Shown here: piece after piece, positions 1 through 10,145 of the stretch
How the letters are laid out: every line of letters starts with the position of its first letter
Numbering within the stretch: position 1 is the stretch's first letter
Source: Acidobacteriota bacterium
GTDB lineage: Bacteria; Acidobacteriota; Vicinamibacteria; Vicinamibacterales; SCN-69-37
NCBI GenBank assembly: GCA_016716905.1
Contig: JADJUS010000004.1
Span: 1,163,603-1,227,602, forward strand
DNA: 64,000 bases
Direction of reading: 5' to 3'
Program-made: the position numbers and the translations under genes
The notes under the pieces: generated by a model
What the model was told of the DNA's origin: nothing
Databases searched by the model: none
Seen by the model: only the letters and a program-made list of their open reading frames with translations

Positions 1-194
1 ACCGAGCGCCGCCGCTTGGTGTAGTGGTAGGCGCTGAGGAAAACCGGAAACAACACGATTTGCGACATTCGATCGGCGGCTGATTCCGCGAGACCGAACA
101 TGCCGCCGACGAGTACGACCACGACGCTGAGGCTGACCGCTGGAATCAACGCAATCCCGACGATTTTCCAGTCAATGTTTTTCTTGAAGGTCAT
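1..194 (-). CDS. hypothetical small membrane protein, N-terminal part (continues beyond window start)
   Basis: Own minus-strand translation from the ATG at 192-194 gives MTFKKNIDWKIVGIALIPAVSLSVVVVLVGGMFGLAESAADRMSQIVLFPVFLSAYHYTKRRRS. It stays open to the window edge and has a clear hydrophobic helix. It is absent from the ORF track because it is truncated. Confidence 0.3.
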   Translation of the reverse strand, partial: MTFKKNIDWKIVGIALIPAVSLSVVVVLVGGMFGLAESAADRMSQIVLFPVFLSAYHYTKRRRS

Positions 195-455
195 AGCGGC
201 TCTCCCGTGATCTGACAGCTTAGCAAACACTCTCCCGGTGGTGGTCAACGTCAGGCATCAGCCGCGGCGGCACCAAATGCTTGCATTTGCCTGAAGTTCC
301 TCGGGAGAGCGTCCTCCCCGAACATTTCTTGCCAGAAGTTGGCGTTCTGTGACGAATTTCAGTCGCCAAGGTGAAACCGTCGTGAAGGGAGCGCTGGCCC
401 TTGTGGCCGACCAGGGCTTCGTGCGTGAGTGATCAGCGGAGGTGCGTGGACGATC

Positions 456-1808
456 TCAGGCGACCGCAGCCGGCATGACCAGTCGTTCACGATACTCGCG
501 GCGAAGGAACCAGAGGTTCATCGCCAGCTGCAGCCCGATCGTGCTGACCGCGAGCCACCAGATCCACGTCAAGCTGAAGCCAGGCCAGCGCGAGAGCGTG
601 ACGATCAGCGCCACCTGAAGAATCGTGCGGGTGGCGGCAGAGATAAGAGGCGGCACACTGTTGCCCAGCCCCTGGAAGAGGCTCGACGTCACGAACGTGA
701 TGCCTGATGGCACGAAGCTGAACGACACGATGCGCAGGTATGTGACGCCCGCCGCCAGCACGAGCGGGTCTGTGGAAAACGGCCGGATGAACGACTCCGG
801 AAAGAAGTGCGCGACCGAGGCGAAGATGAGCATGGCGCCGCCGGCCATGCCCGCCGCGTCGCGGAACGTGGCCTTCACGCGATCGAACTTGCCGGCGCCG
901 AAGTTCTGTCCTGCCACCGGACCCACGGCAAACCCCAGCGCCACCACCGGCAGGAAGCCCGACTGGAGCACGCGCATGCCGATGCCGAATCCGGCTTGCG
1001 CCGCCGCGCCAAACGGCCGGGCCACCGAATACACCACCACCATGTAGGCGGCCAGGAACGCGAACTCCGCACCGGCAGGAATGCCGATCCTGAGGATCGC
1101 CCGCCACCGCGGCAGGTCGAGCTTCCATCGCACCGTGGCAAATCGCAGGTACGCGTCCTGCGGCAGGAAATACCACGCCATGCCGACCGTGCCGGCGGCC
1201 ACAGACACCAGTGTGCCCAGCGCCGCACCCGCGATCCCCATCGGTTCACCAATACCCCAGCCGAACATGAAGATCGGACTCAGGATCATGTTGAGCGCCA
1301 CCGAACCGGCGTGCACCCACATGCCGGGACCGAAGCGCCCGGTGCCGCGCAGCGCCGCGCCCATCGAGACCAGTGGGAACTGCAAGGCCATCGCGGGCAG
1401 GAAGAAGCGCAGGAACTCATGCGCCATCGCCGCGGTGGCCGCGTCGGCCGCGAGCAAGGTGACGTAGCTGTCAAGAGCGACGAGCGAGACCAAAAAAAAC
1501 GCAGTGCCGATGAAGACGGCCATTAACTGCGACTGTCCGAACACATGCGTGGCTTCGACCGCATCCTTGCGGCCCGCCGCCTGCGCGATGAGTGACGTGG
1601 TGCCGACCCCAAGCGCCTGCGTGGCAGCCAGCACGATGAACGCCACGTTGCCTCCGATGCCGGCGGCCGTGACGGCGGTGGTGCCAAGGTGTCCCACCCA
1701 GTAGAGGTCCACCAACACGTACAGCGTCTGCAGGACCATGCCCACCAGCATCATCGCGGTGGTATTCAGCAGGTGCCGCGACACCGACCCCGTAGTCAGG
1801 TCTTTCAT
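456..1808 (-). CDS. MATE family multidrug/toxin efflux transporter
   Basis: 450-aa ORF that is hydrophobic throughout (about 12 TM segments). The N-terminus MKDLTTGSVSRHLLNTTAMMLVGMVLQTLYVLVDLYWVGHLG is typical of MatE-repeat transporters. Confidence 0.88.
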   Translation of the reverse strand: MKDLTTGSVSRHLLNTTAMMLVGMVLQTLYVLVDLYWVGHLGTTAVTAAGIGGNVAFIVLAATQALGVGTTSLIAQAAGRKDAVEATHVFGQSQLMAVFIGTAFFLVSLVALDSYVTLLAADAATAAMAHEFLRFFLPAMALQFPLVSMGAALRGTGRFGPGMWVHAGSVALNMILSPIFMFGWGIGEPMGIAGAALGTLVSVAAGTVGMAWYFLPQDAYLRFATVRWKLDLPRWRAILRIGIPAGAEFAFLAAYMVVVYSVARPFGAAAQAGFGIGMRVLQSGFLPVVALGFAVGPVAGQNFGAGKFDRVKATFRDAAGMAGGAMLIFASVAHFFPESFIRPFSTDPLVLAAGVTYLRIVSFSFVPSGITFVTSSLFQGLGNSVPPLISAATRTILQVALIVTLSRWPGFSLTWIWWLAVSTIGLQLAMNLWFLRREYRERLVMPAAVA

Positions 1809-1825
1809 AAATGCACTTTCAAATC

Positions 1826-1858
1826 GGACTCTGGACCCTGGACCCTGGACCCTGGACT
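1826..1858. repeat. 7-bp microsatellite (CTGGACC) x4 plus a partial unit, between the MATE start and the hldD stop
   Basis: Read directly: ggact ctggacc ctggacc ctggacc ctggact. The same unit recurs at 61716-61750. Confidence 0.9.
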
Positions 1859-1859
1859 G

Positions 1860-2837
1860 TTACCGGGGTTCCAAATGCTTGCCCGTCACCAAGTGGTCCA
1901 CCACGTATTCGCGCACCGCGTCTTCCACGCTCGTGGCCGCAGCCGTGTAACCCGCAGCGCGCAGCTTGGTCATGTCCGCGCACGTGTCGTACTGGTACGC
2001 CTTCGCGATGGCCTCCGGCATGTCGAAGTACTCGATGACTGGCGGCAGGTTGAGCGCCGCGAAGATGGCGCCCATCAACCGGTTCCAATCCGTGGACACG
2101 CCGCTGCCGACGTTGAAAATGCCGTGGTGTTCCGGATGGTCGAGCAGCCACAACGTCATGGCCACCGCGTCTTTCACGTAAAGGAAATCGCGTCGCTGGC
2201 CGCCGTCCGGGAACTCGGGCCTGTCGCTCTTGAAGAGCTTGACGCGCCCGGTGTCGCGAATCTGTTCATACCCCTTGCACACCATCGAGCGCATGTCGCC
2301 CTTGTGCCATTCGTTCGGGCCGTAGACGTTGAAGTACTTCAGCGATGCGATTGTGTTGAGCGCTCCGTTGTCGCGGGCCCACAAGTCGAACTCATGTTTG
2401 GACCGCGCATACAGATTCAGCGGCTTCAGCGCATCGAGCCCCGCGTGGTCGTCTGAGTACCCCTGTGCACCGTCACCGTACGTGGCCGCGCTGCTGGCCT
2501 GGATGAACCGCGCACCTCCCTCGAGCGCGGCCTGGCACAGCGTCTTGGAATACTCGAGGTTGTTCTCGCGAAGGTAGTCCCAGTTGGTTTCTGTCGTGCT
2601 GCTGCAGGCGCCCAGGTGAATCACCGCCGCCAGCCGGCCCTTGTAAGACCCTCGGGCCATGGCGCCCAGAAATTCGTCGTGGCACAGATACGCGGCATAT
2701 CGCAGGGGCTTCAGGTTTTCGTACCGGTGGGCCGAAAGGTCGGTGTCGACACAGAGGATGCCGCGTTGCTCTCGCTGGTTCAGGCCCCAGATCACCGCAC
2801 TGCCCAGAAAACCCGCCGCCCCAGTGACTGCAATCAT
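1860..2837 (-). CDS. hldD: ADP-L-glycero-D-manno-heptose 6-epimerase
   Basis: Rossmann start MIAVTGAAGFLGS matches the HldD/RfaD N-terminal pattern. SDR-type YxxxK is present (YARSK). Length about 325 aa. Start trimmed from ORF 1860..2864 to the second ATG at 2835-2837, though the 2864 start is also possible. Confidence 0.82.
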   Translation of the reverse strand: MIAVTGAAGFLGSAVIWGLNQREQRGILCVDTDLSAHRYENLKPLRYAAYLCHDEFLGAMARGSYKGRLAAVIHLGACSSTTETNWDYLRENNLEYSKTLCQAALEGGARFIQASSAATYGDGAQGYSDDHAGLDALKPLNLYARSKHEFDLWARDNGALNTIASLKYFNVYGPNEWHKGDMRSMVCKGYEQIRDTGRVKLFKSDRPEFPDGGQRRDFLYVKDAVAMTLWLLDHPEHHGIFNVGSGVSTDWNRLMGAIFAALNLPPVIEYFDMPEAIAKAYQYDTCADMTKLRAAGYTAAATSVEDAVREYVVDHLVTGKHLEPR

Positions 2838-2958
2838 GGCGTTGATTATAGGCGCGGGTGGCATGCTGAATCGGGCCGAATGGTGTCCAAGTGTGCGGCA
2901 TACTGGCGGCCACTATTCGCGGTTGCTTGAGGTCCATCGTCTCGGGCGGGAGGTAGGC

Positions 2959-4930
2959 ATGGTCAAGTCTGTGATCGTTGGTGCCGTGTTCATGTGCGCC
3001 GTTGTCGCGCCCATCAGCGGGGCCACGCAGGTTGTCACCATGCTGGACCTCGGCCAGCAGTCGCCCACCCCCCCAGAGGAACCGCCCTCGTCTTGGGGCA
3101 AGTGGTTGACGCCCACAGCGGCAGCCCGGCACCTGGGGCCTTCGTCCGCTTCGTCGTCCGGCGGCGGCCAGGACCAGGCGTCGCCCAGGAGCCCGCGAAC
3201 ATCAGGAGCGTCCTGACAAACGCCGAAGGCCGGTTCATGTTTCACGGCGTGCCAGCCGGGTATATCGGCCTGTCCGCGAACGCTTCAAGGTACATCTCCG
3301 CCAGTCCCGGGCAACGTCGTCCGATGGGGCCGTCACAACCGCTCCTGCTCGCCGACGGCGAAAGTCTCGCCTCTGTCACGATCAGGATGTGGAAGCACGC
3401 CGCAATTGAAGGGCGCGTGGTGGATGAGCACAATGAACCGCTCGTGCGTCGCAGCGTTCGAGCATTGCGCCGCGAATGGTCCGGTGGACAGGTACGCCTG
3501 ACGCTCGGTCCGCAGGTCTCCACCGACGACCGCGGCACCTTCCGTCTCTGGTCGCTGGTGCCGGGCGACTACTTCGTGGTTGTCCCTTCGGCGCAGATCA
3601 CGATGCCGGTATCTGTCGCCGCTGAATATCAGAAGCTGACTCGATGGACCCAAAGCTGCAAACCTGCAGACAGATCTGGTCCGCCGCCTAACGTTTTCAG
3701 GTGCACCATCGGCCGGCATCGGCGGTCAGCGCATTGGGGAGCATGTCCTTCAGGCCGGACGCGCGATTGCTGGACTTTCGAGGCCTGTTGGCGGCGGTCA
3801 GCGCGTGCTCGTGTATCCGACTGCGTTCGAGCCCCAACTCGATCAGGAGCCCATCAACCTGAATTCAGGTGACGAACGGCAGGGCATCGAGGCCATCGGT
3901 CCGCCTCGTTCCAGCGTCCCAGGTGTCGGGTGTCGCGACCGGCCCCGACGGGGCCCGTCGCATACCTGGGTCTGCGGCTGGTCCAAAGCCGCCTGGGCAA
4001 CGGTCGACGCAGTGCTGGGACTCGAAGCGGCGATGACCGCGACCGACGCCGCAGGGCGCTTCACCTTTCTCGGCATTCCGGGAGGCTACACACTCCCCGG
4101 GCTGTATGTGCCCCGTGCCGACCTGGGTGGCGCCACCACCATCATCACCAGCGGCAGCGGGACGACGGCGCTCGTTCGCACCGGCTCAGGGGCGCCCGGC
4201 CGAACGATGCCACCCTCTTCGTCGAGGCCGAGATGGACTGGCGGTAGGGGACGACGATCTGGCGGCCTGATGTGCGGGTCATCGTGGGTGCCGGCATCTC
4301 AGGTTCAGTGGAGTTCGAAGGCGCCACGACGCCGCCCACCGCCCAACAAATTGCGAGGATGTCGATCAACTTCCGTTCCGTCGGAGGCACCGGCGATATC
4401 CTCGCCCGCCCGCGTTGAACGCGGGCAGGCAGATTCGGACACCCGGCCATCCCGCCGGCCGCTATTTCCTGACCGCGTCCTCGCAGGTGCCGGGCTGGAC
4501 GATGGCGTCGGCGATGGAAGGTGCGCGCGACATCAGCCAGACCGGGGTCGAGCTTGAGGACGCCGATGTCACCAGCTGTGGTGGTGACATTCTCCGACAA
4601 GCGCACTGAAGTGCGGGCACGGTCCGCACCACCGAGGGTCGATGGGAGACAACGACGCGATCGTTGTCGTTGTTCCGTCTGACCTGCGTGGCTGGGTGAC
4701 TGGAGGGATGAACTCGCGGCTGAGTGCGACTGTTCGTACCTCGCCGACCGGCAGCTACACCGTCGCTGGTCTACCGTCTGGTGACTATCGGATCGTTGCG
4801 CTCAGTGAAGACGTGGCCATTGAAGCGCGCGACCCTGCGTTCATGAAGCAATTGGCGCAACTGGGCGACGATCTCGTTGCGACAGGGGGACAGCGGACAC
4901 AGGACCTGCGCACCGAGACGCGGCCTCTGG
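2959..4930 (+). pseudogene. carboxypeptidase-regulatory-like domain protein, frame-disrupted (copy 1 of a tandem pair)
   Basis: RBS gggagg, ATG at 2959 and signal peptide MVKSVIVGAVFMCAVVAPISGATQ. Recognisable segments then jump between frames: GQVVDAHSGSPAPGAFVRF...NAEGRFMFHGVPAGY, STDDRGTFRLWSLVPGDYFVVV, VLVYPTAFEP...GDERQGIE, QVSGVATGPDG, TDAAGRFTFLGIPGGY, TSPTGSYTVAGLPSGDYRIVAL. I count at least 8 frame switches. The 3' boundary is approximate. Confidence 0.6.
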
Positions 4931-6772
4931 CGCGCCATTGGCGGCATCGCGTTCGCAGGATCAGACCGCCGCAGATTTCGGCCCAGCGGCGACGAGCGTG
5001 CTGGCGGCCCGCTTGTTCCGACTTCCCCTCGCCCCACCCAACCGCCACGCCCGAGGCGTCACGCACAGCCCGCCTACGACCGGCACAGGCGCGATCTGCG
5101 GAGTTGTTGTCCACCGAGGAAGCCATCCGGAAACCACTTCGTCGGGCCACGGTGCAGTTGAGCGGCGTGGGCCTCATCCCTTCGCGTGTGGCCACGACGG
5201 ATGACGAGGGACGGTTTGTGTTTCGCGATTTGCCCGAAGGGCGCTTTAGTCTTTCAGCCAGCAAGCCACCATTTGTGGATGCCGCTTATGGCGCCACGCG
5301 ACAAGGCCGCTCGGGTGCGCCTATTGCACTCACGGCCGGGCAGCACGTGACGGGAGTCTCCATCCGGATGATCCGCGGCGCGGTGATCGAAGGCACCGTA
5401 CGGGATGGGTTCGGCTTGCCAGAGGAACAAGCCCAGGTATCCATCTTCCAGCGGCGGCCAGGCGCCAATGGCCCCCTGCAATTGGTATTGACGTCAGCGA
5501 CGCCGCTGCCAAGTGACCGACGACCGCGGCCTGCAGGTTCTACGGGTTGCCTCCCCGGCGACTACATCATCGGGGCGTAAGCAACCGAAGCTCGGCCGGC
5601 CAGGACCTGAGGGCGCACACGGACGCAGAGATGCACTGGGCGGCCGCCGCCCTCACGCCCCCTGGACCACGGGCCACGCCACCGCCAGCATCTCAATCAC
5701 TGGGCAGTGCGCCCGTGTATCTCCCGGGTGAGCCTCCGGCCAATGCGGCCCGACCACGGTGGCTGGCGGGAAAGAGCGGACCGGCGCGGACTTCACCACC
5801 ATGGACCGTCCCGGCTGCCAGGGTCGGAGGACGCGTCGTTGGCCCGGACGGTGCCCCGGCGCGCGCAGTTGCAGATGAACATGGTCCGAGAGGGCGGATG
5901 GTGGTGATCCTGTTCGGAGCCGATGGTCGCCAGGCCGCTTCCCTGACGGGTCATTCTCAGCTGTCCGGTGTGCCTCCCGGTCGCCATGTCATCGCCGGCC
6001 CAGGCAATCGTCTCGTCGCCAGTGCCGGGGAGGGGGAGTGCAGCGCGTCTCGACCTATGGGCGATGGGAACAGTCGAGATCGACCAGGACACCACCGTGA
6101 TCGCTGGCACTGGCGGCGGATGAGCGTGCGCGGACGCATCGTGTTTGAGAAGACGACCGCAACTCCGCCCAAGGACGGGTCGAGGCGTCTCGGTCCGCCT
6201 GCGCCCACAGCGACAACCAGGGTGTCTCTCGGCGCATCACCGGCCACCGCCGCACCTGACGCCACGTTTGTCTTGCCAGGCGTCCCGCCTAACGACTATC
6301 GAGTCAGCGTGAACGTGCCCGGCGGACGGCTGCGTTACCCACCTGGGTGATGAAGTCCGTGGTGGCGGGAGGTCGGGACCTCTCGGATGTTCCACTCAGA
6401 GTGCTCGCTGATTCCGGGATCGACGACCTCGTCATCACTCTCACCGATCGCGTGACTGAGATCACGGGATTGCTCACAGACGCCGTGGGGCGTCCGGCTC
6501 CAGAGTTCTCGATTCTTGTCTTTCCCGTCGATCGGACTCAGTGGGGGCAAGGGTCGCGTCGTCGCTTGCCCGCGACGCGACCGGCCAGTGATGGCCGGTA
6601 TCGTGTGGCCGGCCTGCCTCCCGGCGAGTACTTCATGGTCGCCCTCACGGAAATTGATGCGAACGAGATGTACGACGTGGCGTTTCTGGAGTCTCTGATT
6701 CCCGCCGCGTTGAAGTTCGCGCTCGCAGAAGGCGAGAAGAAGGTGCAGGATCTGAAACTGTCCGGCCGGTAG
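4931..6772 (+). pseudogene. carboxypeptidase-regulatory-like domain protein, frame-disrupted (copy 2 of a tandem pair)
   Basis: Segments are spread over three frames: TTDDEGRFVFRDLPEGRFSLSA, VTDDRG then LPGDYIIGA, GGRVVGPDGAP, TFVLPGVPPNDYRVSVNVPGG, and a C-terminal piece 6347-6772 (SDGRYRVAGLPPGEYFMVAL...KKVQDLKLSGR). The C-terminal piece parallels the end of copy 1 (...GGQRTQDLR). The 5' boundary is approximate. Confidence 0.6.
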
Positions 6773-6775
6773 AAA

Positions 6776-6816
6776 GCCTCTGCGTCTCTGCGCCTCCTGT
6801 AGTCCTGCGTGACTGC
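6776..6816. repeat. REP-B unit (inverted orientation) just after the stop of the copy-2 pseudogene
   Basis: gcctctgcgtctctgcgcctcctgtagtcctgcgtgactgc is the reverse complement of the unit cacgcaggaYtacaggaggcgc.gagac.cagaggc seen at 10121-10250. Confidence 0.8.
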
Positions 6817-6880
6817 AAGCCTCAGTGCCTCCCCGCCTCCCGTGATCTTTCGTGCAACGTGCGATACATTCTCGGACACC

Positions 6881-8176
6881 ATGAGAATGTTGCGGCAGAT
6901 TGGTATGTGCGCGGTGATGGCCCTCGGGGCCATCGCGGCTGTGGGCGGCACCCAGGCCGCGCCGCCCCAGGCGACAGCCCAGGAATACCTGCTGAAGCCC
7001 GCGCGGGTCTTCGACGGCAACCGGGTGCGCGAAGGCTACGTGGTGCATGTGCGAGGCGAGCGGATCATCGCCGCGGGGCCGGAAGCCGAGGTGAAAGCAC
7101 CAGGCGCGGAAGTGATGGACCTGCCCGGCATGACGCTGTTGCCGGGGTTGATCGACGCGCATTCGCACGTCCTGCTGCACCCCTACGACGAGGCCCCGTG
7201 GAACACCCAGGTGTTGAACGAGCCGCAGTCGCTTCGAGTGGCGCGTGCGGTCAATCACCTCAAAGCCACACTTGAAGCGGGCTTCACGACCGTGCGGGAT
7301 CTGGGCACCGAAGGGGCCGACTACGCGGACGTGGGATTGAAGCAGGCCGTGGCGCAGGGCATCATCCCCGGCCCGCGGTTGCTCATCGCCACACGTGCGC
7401 TGATCGCCACCGGCAGCTATGCGCCAAAGGGCTTTGCGCCCGAGTGGTCCATTCCTCAGGGCGCACAGGAAGCCGACGGCGTGGATGCGCTCGTGCGGGC
7501 CGTGCGCGAACAGATCGGCAAGGGCGCAGACTGGATCAAGGTCTATGGCGACTATCGCTGGGGCCCGCGCGGCGAAGCCCAGCCCACCTACTCCCTCGAC
7601 GAAATGCGCCTCATCGTCGAAACCGCCCGCAGCAGCGGCCGTGCGGTTGTCGTCCATGCGTCAACACCAGAGGGCATGCGCCGCGCGGTGCTGGCCGGCG
7701 CCGAGACCATTGAACACGGCGATGGGGGAACACCGGAAATATTCCGGCTGATGGCCGAGCGCGGCGTGGCTCTGTGCCCGACCCTGGCGGCAGGCGACGC
7801 CACGGCGCAGTACGCGGGCTGGAAGAAGGGCGCCGCACCCGAGCCTGCCGGCATCACGCGCAAGCGCGAAAGCTTCAAGGCCGCTCTGGCTGCCAAAGTG
7901 AAAATTGCCAGTGGCTCCGACGTCGGCGTGTTTGCCCATGGCGACAACGTCCGCGAACTGGAACTGATGGTGGCCTATGGCATGCCGGCGCTCGACGCGC
8001 TGCGCGCAGCCACGTCAGTAGACGCCGACGTGCTGCACATGGAAACCCAGATCGGCCGCATCGCGCCCACCCTGCTTGCCGATCTCGTGGCCGTGACCGG
8101 CGATCCGACGATGGATATCGGTGCGCTGCGGAAGGTGTCGCTTGTGATGAAAGGCGGGCGCATCGTGCGCCGATAG
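6881..8176 (+). CDS. secreted metal-dependent amidohydrolase family protein
   Basis: Signal peptide MRMLRQIGMCAVMALGAIAAVGG, then LPGLIDAHSHVLL (HxH metal motif). Later GSD...HG segments are typical of the amidohydrolase superfamily. Start trimmed from ORF 6809 to the ATG at 6881. Confidence 0.82.
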   Translation: MRMLRQIGMCAVMALGAIAAVGGTQAAPPQATAQEYLLKPARVFDGNRVREGYVVHVRGERIIAAGPEAEVKAPGAEVMDLPGMTLLPGLIDAHSHVLLHPYDEAPWNTQVLNEPQSLRVARAVNHLKATLEAGFTTVRDLGTEGADYADVGLKQAVAQGIIPGPRLLIATRALIATGSYAPKGFAPEWSIPQGAQEADGVDALVRAVREQIGKGADWIKVYGDYRWGPRGEAQPTYSLDEMRLIVETARSSGRAVVVHASTPEGMRRAVLAGAETIEHGDGGTPEIFRLMAERGVALCPTLAAGDATAQYAGWKKGAAPEPAGITRKRESFKAALAAKVKIASGSDVGVFAHGDNVRELELMVAYGMPALDALRAATSVDADVLHMETQIGRIAPTLLADLVAVTGDPTMDIGALRKVSLVMKGGRIVRR

Positions 8177-8177
8177 G

Positions 8178-10145
8178 ATGGCCGTGCGCTTGCTGCTCGC
8201 CGTCGTGCTGTCGGCGATGATCCCGGCCTCGATCGGGGCCCTGCCGCAGAACCCGGTTGTGTGGTCCATTGAGCGCGCCGACACCGCGCTCCTCAAGCCC
8301 GGAGCCACGTTCACGGTGCTGGTCAAGGCCGAGATCGAATTCGGCTGGCATCTGTATGGCACGACGCAGCCCTCCGGTGGCCCGATTGCGACGCAGGTGT
8401 GGGTGGCCGACACGGCACCGTTTTCGCAGGCCGGCGCGCTCGGCGCCGAAACCACCATCGAAGGCTTCGATCCGAACTTCAACATCGTCACGCAGTACTA
8501 CGACGACCACACGGTCTTTCGCGTGCCCGTCACGATTGCCGCCGGTGCGAAGGACGGCCGCTACACGCTGACTGTGAACGCACGCTACCAGAGCTGCAAC
8601 GACACGTTGTGCATTCCGCCGCGGACGCAGGCGCTTCGCCTCGCGTTAGTGGTGGGCAACCCCGCAGCGTTGCCGCCGGCCGTATCTGCGCCCACCGCTT
8701 CCGAAGCCGCGCCGGCATCGGAGGCGGTATTGACTCCATCAACGGCTGCAGCGGCGGCTGTTGCCGCGGAAACGTCTGCGGCTCCGAAGCGGAAGGTGCC
8801 GGACCTGGCGGCTGCCGACGCGGCGACGACGCTGAGCGCGTATGTGGGGTTGGCGGCACTGATGGGCGCGCTGTCGTTGCTCACGCCATGCGTGTTTCCC
8901 ATGGTGCCAATCACGGTGTCGTATTTCACGAATCGGGCGGGGCGAAGCCGTCGCGACTCGATCGCCCATGCTCTGGTCTATGGCCTTGGCATCGTCCTCA
9001 CGTTCACCGCGCTCGGATTTGCGCTGGCCATTCTATTCGGCGCCTCAGGGCTGAATCGATTCGCATCGAACCCGTGGCTCAACATCGGCATCGCGCTGCT
9101 GTTCGTGACGTTCGCGTTCAGTCTGTTCGGTGTCTACGAAGTGGCGCTGCCGTCGCGGGTGGTCACCGCCGCGTCGAAGGCCTCCAGCGGCGGAGGATAT
9201 GGCGGCACGTTGCTGATGGGCCTCGCGTTCACGCTGACGTCATTCACCTGCACGGCGCCGTTCCTGGGCACACTGCTGGTGGTGGCGGCGCAGGGAGACT
9301 GGCAGTGGCCGATGGTCGGCATGCTCGCGTTTTCAGCGGTGTTCGCACTGCCGTTCGTGGGGCTGGCGCTCGCGCCGCGGCTGCTGGCGTCACTGCCGCG
9401 ATCGGGTTCCTGGCTCGTGGGCGTGAAGGCCACCATGGGCCTGCTCGAACTGGCCGCCGCGATGAAGTTCATTTCAAACGTCGATCTGGTGTGGGGATGG
9501 GGCGTGTTCACGCGCGATGTCGTGCTCACCACATGGATCGCCATCGCCGCCGTGCTGGCGGTGTACCTGGCGGGGCTCGTCCGGCTTGGCCATGCCCCTC
9601 GCATGAGCCGCCCGGGCGTGGGCCGGCTGGTGGCGACCGCCGCTGCGGTCACGCTCGGTGTCTGGCTCGCGCTTGGCGTGTCAGGCCGGCGACTGGGTGA
9701 ACTGGAAGCATTCCTGCCGCCCGCTGACGCGGCGCACCTCGCGGAAGGTGGCGAGCTGCCGTGGCTGGTCAACGACTACGACGCGGCGCTTGCGCAAGCC
9801 GCCGCCACCGGTCAGCGCATCCTGGTGGATTTCACCGGCTACACCTGCACCAACTGCCGGTGGATGGAAGCCAACATGTTTCCGCGGCCCGAGGTCGCGC
9901 TCGAGATGTCGCGCTTCGTGCGCGTGCGCCTCTATACAGACGGCCAGGGGGAGTTGTACGAACGCTTCCAGAAAATGGAGGAAGACATGCTCGGCACCGT
10001 CGCGCTGCCGTACTACGCCGTGCTCGATCCAGACGGCCAACCTGTGGTGGCGTTCGGAGGGCTGACCCGCGACGCGCAGCAGTTTGTGCGGTTTCTGCAA
10101 CGGGGGCAAACCGACACGATCACGCAGGATTACAGGAGGCGCTGA
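8178..10145 (+). CDS. dsbD: thiol:disulfide interchange protein DsbD family (N-terminal periplasmic domain + CcdA-like membrane core + C-terminal thioredoxin)
   Basis: Membrane core motif LTPCVFPMVPITVSYF and a second cysteine motif FTCTAPFLG. C-terminal thioredoxin motif FTGYTCTNCRWME. 655 aa. Starts 2 nt after the amidohydrolase stop. Confidence 0.85.
   Translation: MAVRLLLAVVLSAMIPASIGALPQNPVVWSIERADTALLKPGATFTVLVKAEIEFGWHLYGTTQPSGGPIATQVWVADTAPFSQAGALGAETTIEGFDPNFNIVTQYYDDHTVFRVPVTIAAGAKDGRYTLTVNARYQSCNDTLCIPPRTQALRLALVVGNPAALPPAVSAPTASEAAPASEAVLTPSTAAAAAVAAETSAAPKRKVPDLAAADAATTLSAYVGLAALMGALSLLTPCVFPMVPITVSYFTNRAGRSRRDSIAHALVYGLGIVLTFTALGFALAILFGASGLNRFASNPWLNIGIALLFVTFAFSLFGVYEVALPSRVVTAASKASSGGGYGGTLLMGLAFTLTSFTCTAPFLGTLLVVAAQGDWQWPMVGMLAFSAVFALPFVGLALAPRLLASLPRSGSWLVGVKATMGLLELAAAMKFISNVDLVWGWGVFTRDVVLTTWIAIAAVLAVYLAGLVRLGHAPRMSRPGVGRLVATAAAVTLGVWLALGVSGRRLGELEAFLPPADAAHLAEGGELPWLVNDYDAALAQAAATGQRILVDFTGYTCTNCRWMEANMFPRPEVALEMSRFVRVRLYTDGQGELYERFQKMEEDMLGTVALPYYAVLDPDGQPVVAFGGLTRDAQQFVRFLQRGQTDTITQDYRRR

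Noticed and set aside
194-455. Possible small plus-strand gene or regulator fragment (frame open 295-432, ...KGALALVADQGFVRE*)
   Set aside because: It has no start codon or RBS and no recognisable motif. It is probably untranslated leader or promoter DNA of the flanking minus-strand genes.
6335-7657. 440-aa minus-strand ORF
   Set aside because: It is antisense to the well-supported amidohydrolase gene (6881-8176). Its composition is R/G/H-rich and it has no recognisable motif. This is a typical high-GC shadow ORF.
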